Below are positions 44,377 through 46,081 of a stretch of 46,081 bases of DNA, piece by piece. The notes under the pieces are model-generated. The model was not told the origin of the DNA. It saw nothing but the letters and a program-made list of their open reading frames with translations, and searched no databases. How positions within the stretch are numbered: the stretch's first letter is position 1; each line of letters starts with the position of its first letter. A program made the position numbers and the translations under genes. This stretch comes from Chlorobiota bacterium (GTDB lineage: Bacteria; Bacteroidota; Bacteroidia; Bacteroidales; F082): assembly GCA_013151505.1 (NCBI GenBank), contig JAADID010000175.1:1-46081 (forward strand). Direction: 5' to 3'.

Positions 44377-45453
44377 ATGAAAAAAACTTTTGAAAAATTA
44401 ATACCCTGGGCAAGCGGTTTACGATTCTGGATAATTCTTGCCTCCCTGGTAATCGTTCTCGCCGCCATGAAAGAATCACGGTACATCATCAACATCATCT
44501 TACTTTCTTTTTTTGCCACATCCATCTCCATCGGGCCGATTGAATGGATGAAGAAAAAAGGAATCCCCGAATTGTTTGCCAATCTGATCATGGTTCTGAT
44601 CTTCATAATCATTGTCGGTCTTACGATCCTGATTATAAGTTCAAGTGTAAATAATTTTGTTTCGAGGGTGCCTTATTACAACGAAAAATTTAATGAACTT
44701 TGGTTTGCAACGCATCAATGGCTTGTGGAACATCAGTTGATGGACGAAGATTTCAGCCCGTTGAAAGAACTCAACCCGGGAAATATTATTAACATTGCAG
44801 GAGGTCTTTTCGCCGGTATCGGCAATGTGCTGGGCACTTTCTTCCTGGTTTTTATCATTTACATTTTTATGCTGTTCGAGATTTCCGTTTTCTCAAGAAA
44901 ACTCAAACTGATCAACCCAAAATCAGTCCATTCGGTTGACAATGTTCTGCGAAGCCTGGTGAAATATTTCGGAATTAAAACTTTAACCAGTTTTGCAACG
45001 GGATTTTTCATTACCATCGGATTACTTATTCTGGGTGTTGATTTTCCTGTTTTGTGGGGATTTCTTGCATTCATTCTGAATTTTATACCCAGTATCGGAT
45101 CGTTTGTCGCAGCCATCCCCGCCGTATTGTTGTCATTGATCCTGCTGGGACCCATCGGAGCTTTGATAACGATAATCATGTATTTTGTCATTAACACCAT
45201 TATCGGAAACATCATCGAACCGCAATTGATGGGACGTAATCTCGGCATATCTCCCTTATTTGTTTTCATTGCCATGATCTTTTGGGGCTATATATTAGGC
45301 CCTGTCGGGATGTTGATCGCTACACCTCTGATTATCATGATCAAGATCATTCTTGACAGCAGACCGGTAACAAAAGATATCGGCACCATGCTTGGCAACG
45401 GCATTACTGTCCAGGCGCTGGAAGAAGAACAGAAGAAGCTGGACCTTATGTAA
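44377..45453 (+). CDS. AI-2E family transporter (PerM/UPF0118)
   Basis: 358 aa, polytopic. 'FILNFIPSIGSFVAAIP' and 'GPVGMLIATPL' are family-typical. Confidence 0.85.
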   Translation: MKKTFEKLIPWASGLRFWIILASLVIVLAAMKESRYIINIILLSFFATSISIGPIEWMKKKGIPELFANLIMVLIFIIIVGLTILIISSSVNNFVSRVPYYNEKFNELWFATHQWLVEHQLMDEDFSPLKELNPGNIINIAGGLFAGIGNVLGTFFLVFIIYIFMLFEISVFSRKLKLINPKSVHSVDNVLRSLVKYFGIKTLTSFATGFFITIGLLILGVDFPVLWGFLAFILNFIPSIGSFVAAIPAVLLSLILLGPIGALITIIMYFVINTIIGNIIEPQLMGRNLGISPLFVFIAMIFWGYILGPVGMLIATPLIIMIKIILDSRPVTKDIGTMLGNGITVQALEEEQKKLDLM

Positions 45454-45469
45454 TCGTAATAATAATTTT

Positions 45470-45964
45470 TTGGAAGACATCATCGGCTATATTATCCTTT
45501 TTGTATCGGGACTGGGAGCGCTTTACCTGTACCAGTGGCGGAAAGACAAAATCCGGCTGTTTCCGTTGTCGGAACAGCATTATCCCGAGTCGGTACTGAC
45601 GGTGCTGATCCTTAAAAAAAGCGGGGAAATTAAATCTCTTGTTCTGCGGTTTTATGCAAAAAAAGAAATGACGCTGCAGGAGTTACGGGTCGAAATGATC
45701 TCACCGGAAAACGAGATATTCTCGGTTTCATTAAATAAAATTTTAAACGCACAATTATTTCCTGTAAAAATTGCGCCGGACAGCTCTTTTGATTTTGAAT
45801 TCGAAATGGATGCCTTCAAAGATGAGCTAACCGGGCAATCGGTAAGATTCAGTGCCTTCAGGCTGGTAGCTCAAAACGCAAAAGGGAAAAAATTCAAATC
45901 CCATCGCCTTGCTTTCGATAAACGCTGGGCTATCTTCAAACCTGATACGGGGAAGTACAATTAG
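45470..45964 (+). CDS. hypothetical single-TM protein
   Basis: The ORF has no in-frame ATG until aa about 92. TTG starts are available at 45392 (62-nt overlap) or 45470 (just after the AI-2E stop); the latter is preferred. TM helix 'IIGYIILFVSGLGALYLY'. Confidence 0.4.
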   Translation: MEDIIGYIILFVSGLGALYLYQWRKDKIRLFPLSEQHYPESVLTVLILKKSGEIKSLVLRFYAKKEMTLQELRVEMISPENEIFSVSLNKILNAQLFPVKIAPDSSFDFEFEMDAFKDELTGQSVRFSAFRLVAQNAKGKKFKSHRLAFDKRWAIFKPDTGKYN

Positions 45965-46006
45965 GATGCCGGATAACGGTAAACGGAAAATAGTTAATGG
46001 AGAATA

Positions 46007-46081
46007 GTTGAATCGGTTGAATCGGTTGAATCAGTTGAATCAGTTGAATCAGTTGAATCAGTTAAATCGGTTGAATCGGTT
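46007..46081. repeat. nonamer tandem repeat GTTGAATCR, more than 8 copies, truncated by the window end
   Basis: gttgaatcg x2, gttgaatca x4, gttaaatcg, gttgaatcg, gtt... A degenerate copy (agttaatgg) lies at 45992..46000. Confidence 0.85.

Noticed and set aside
46007-46081. Terminal tandem repeat considered as a CRISPR array. The 3588..3629 repeat was considered likewise.
   Set aside because: The units are 9 bp (or 7 bp) and directly abutting with no spacers. No cas genes are in the window.

Overview
The window looks like chromosomal DNA from an FCB-superphylum bacterium (Bacteroidota/Ignavibacteriota-like). By-eye evidence: a T9SS-type C-terminal sorting domain, a SPOR domain, many lipoprotein signal peptides and TAnnTTTG-type -7 boxes. 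The flanks are ordinary genes. On the left: lipoprotein, VOC-fold protein, AbiEi/AbiEii toxin-antitoxin pair, argS, COG2403 P-loop protein, TPR membrane protein, cold-shock protein, C1 peptidase, LuxR-type two-component pair, glutathione peroxidase. On the right: SDR, EamA transporter, GNAT, class IV aminotransferase, PQQ-type sugar dehydrogenase, SPOR protein, MscS-family channel, AI-2E transporter. The centre (about 15.2-33.0 kb, all minus strand) is the stand-out. It is a roughly 17.8-kb island with seven multihaem c-type cytochromes carrying 60 CXXCH and 2 CX3CH motifs. It also encodes three NHL beta-propeller proteins (one a lipoprotein, one with a T9SS sorting tail) and a 658-aa putative outer-membrane beta-barrel wedged between two cytochrome genes. 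A sensor kinase with a CXXCH motif in its periplasmic loop and a sigma-54 activator complete it. Two correctly spaced sigma-54 (-24/-12) promoter candidates sit about 75 nt upstream of two paralogous small cytochrome genes. I read this as a candidate porin-cytochrome/NHL-propeller extracellular electron-transfer system under redox-sensing sigma-54 control. I do not recognise the architecture as described. No rRNA, tRNA, CRISPR array, transposase or integrase was seen. All calls come from reading the sequence and ORF translations; no database search was possible.
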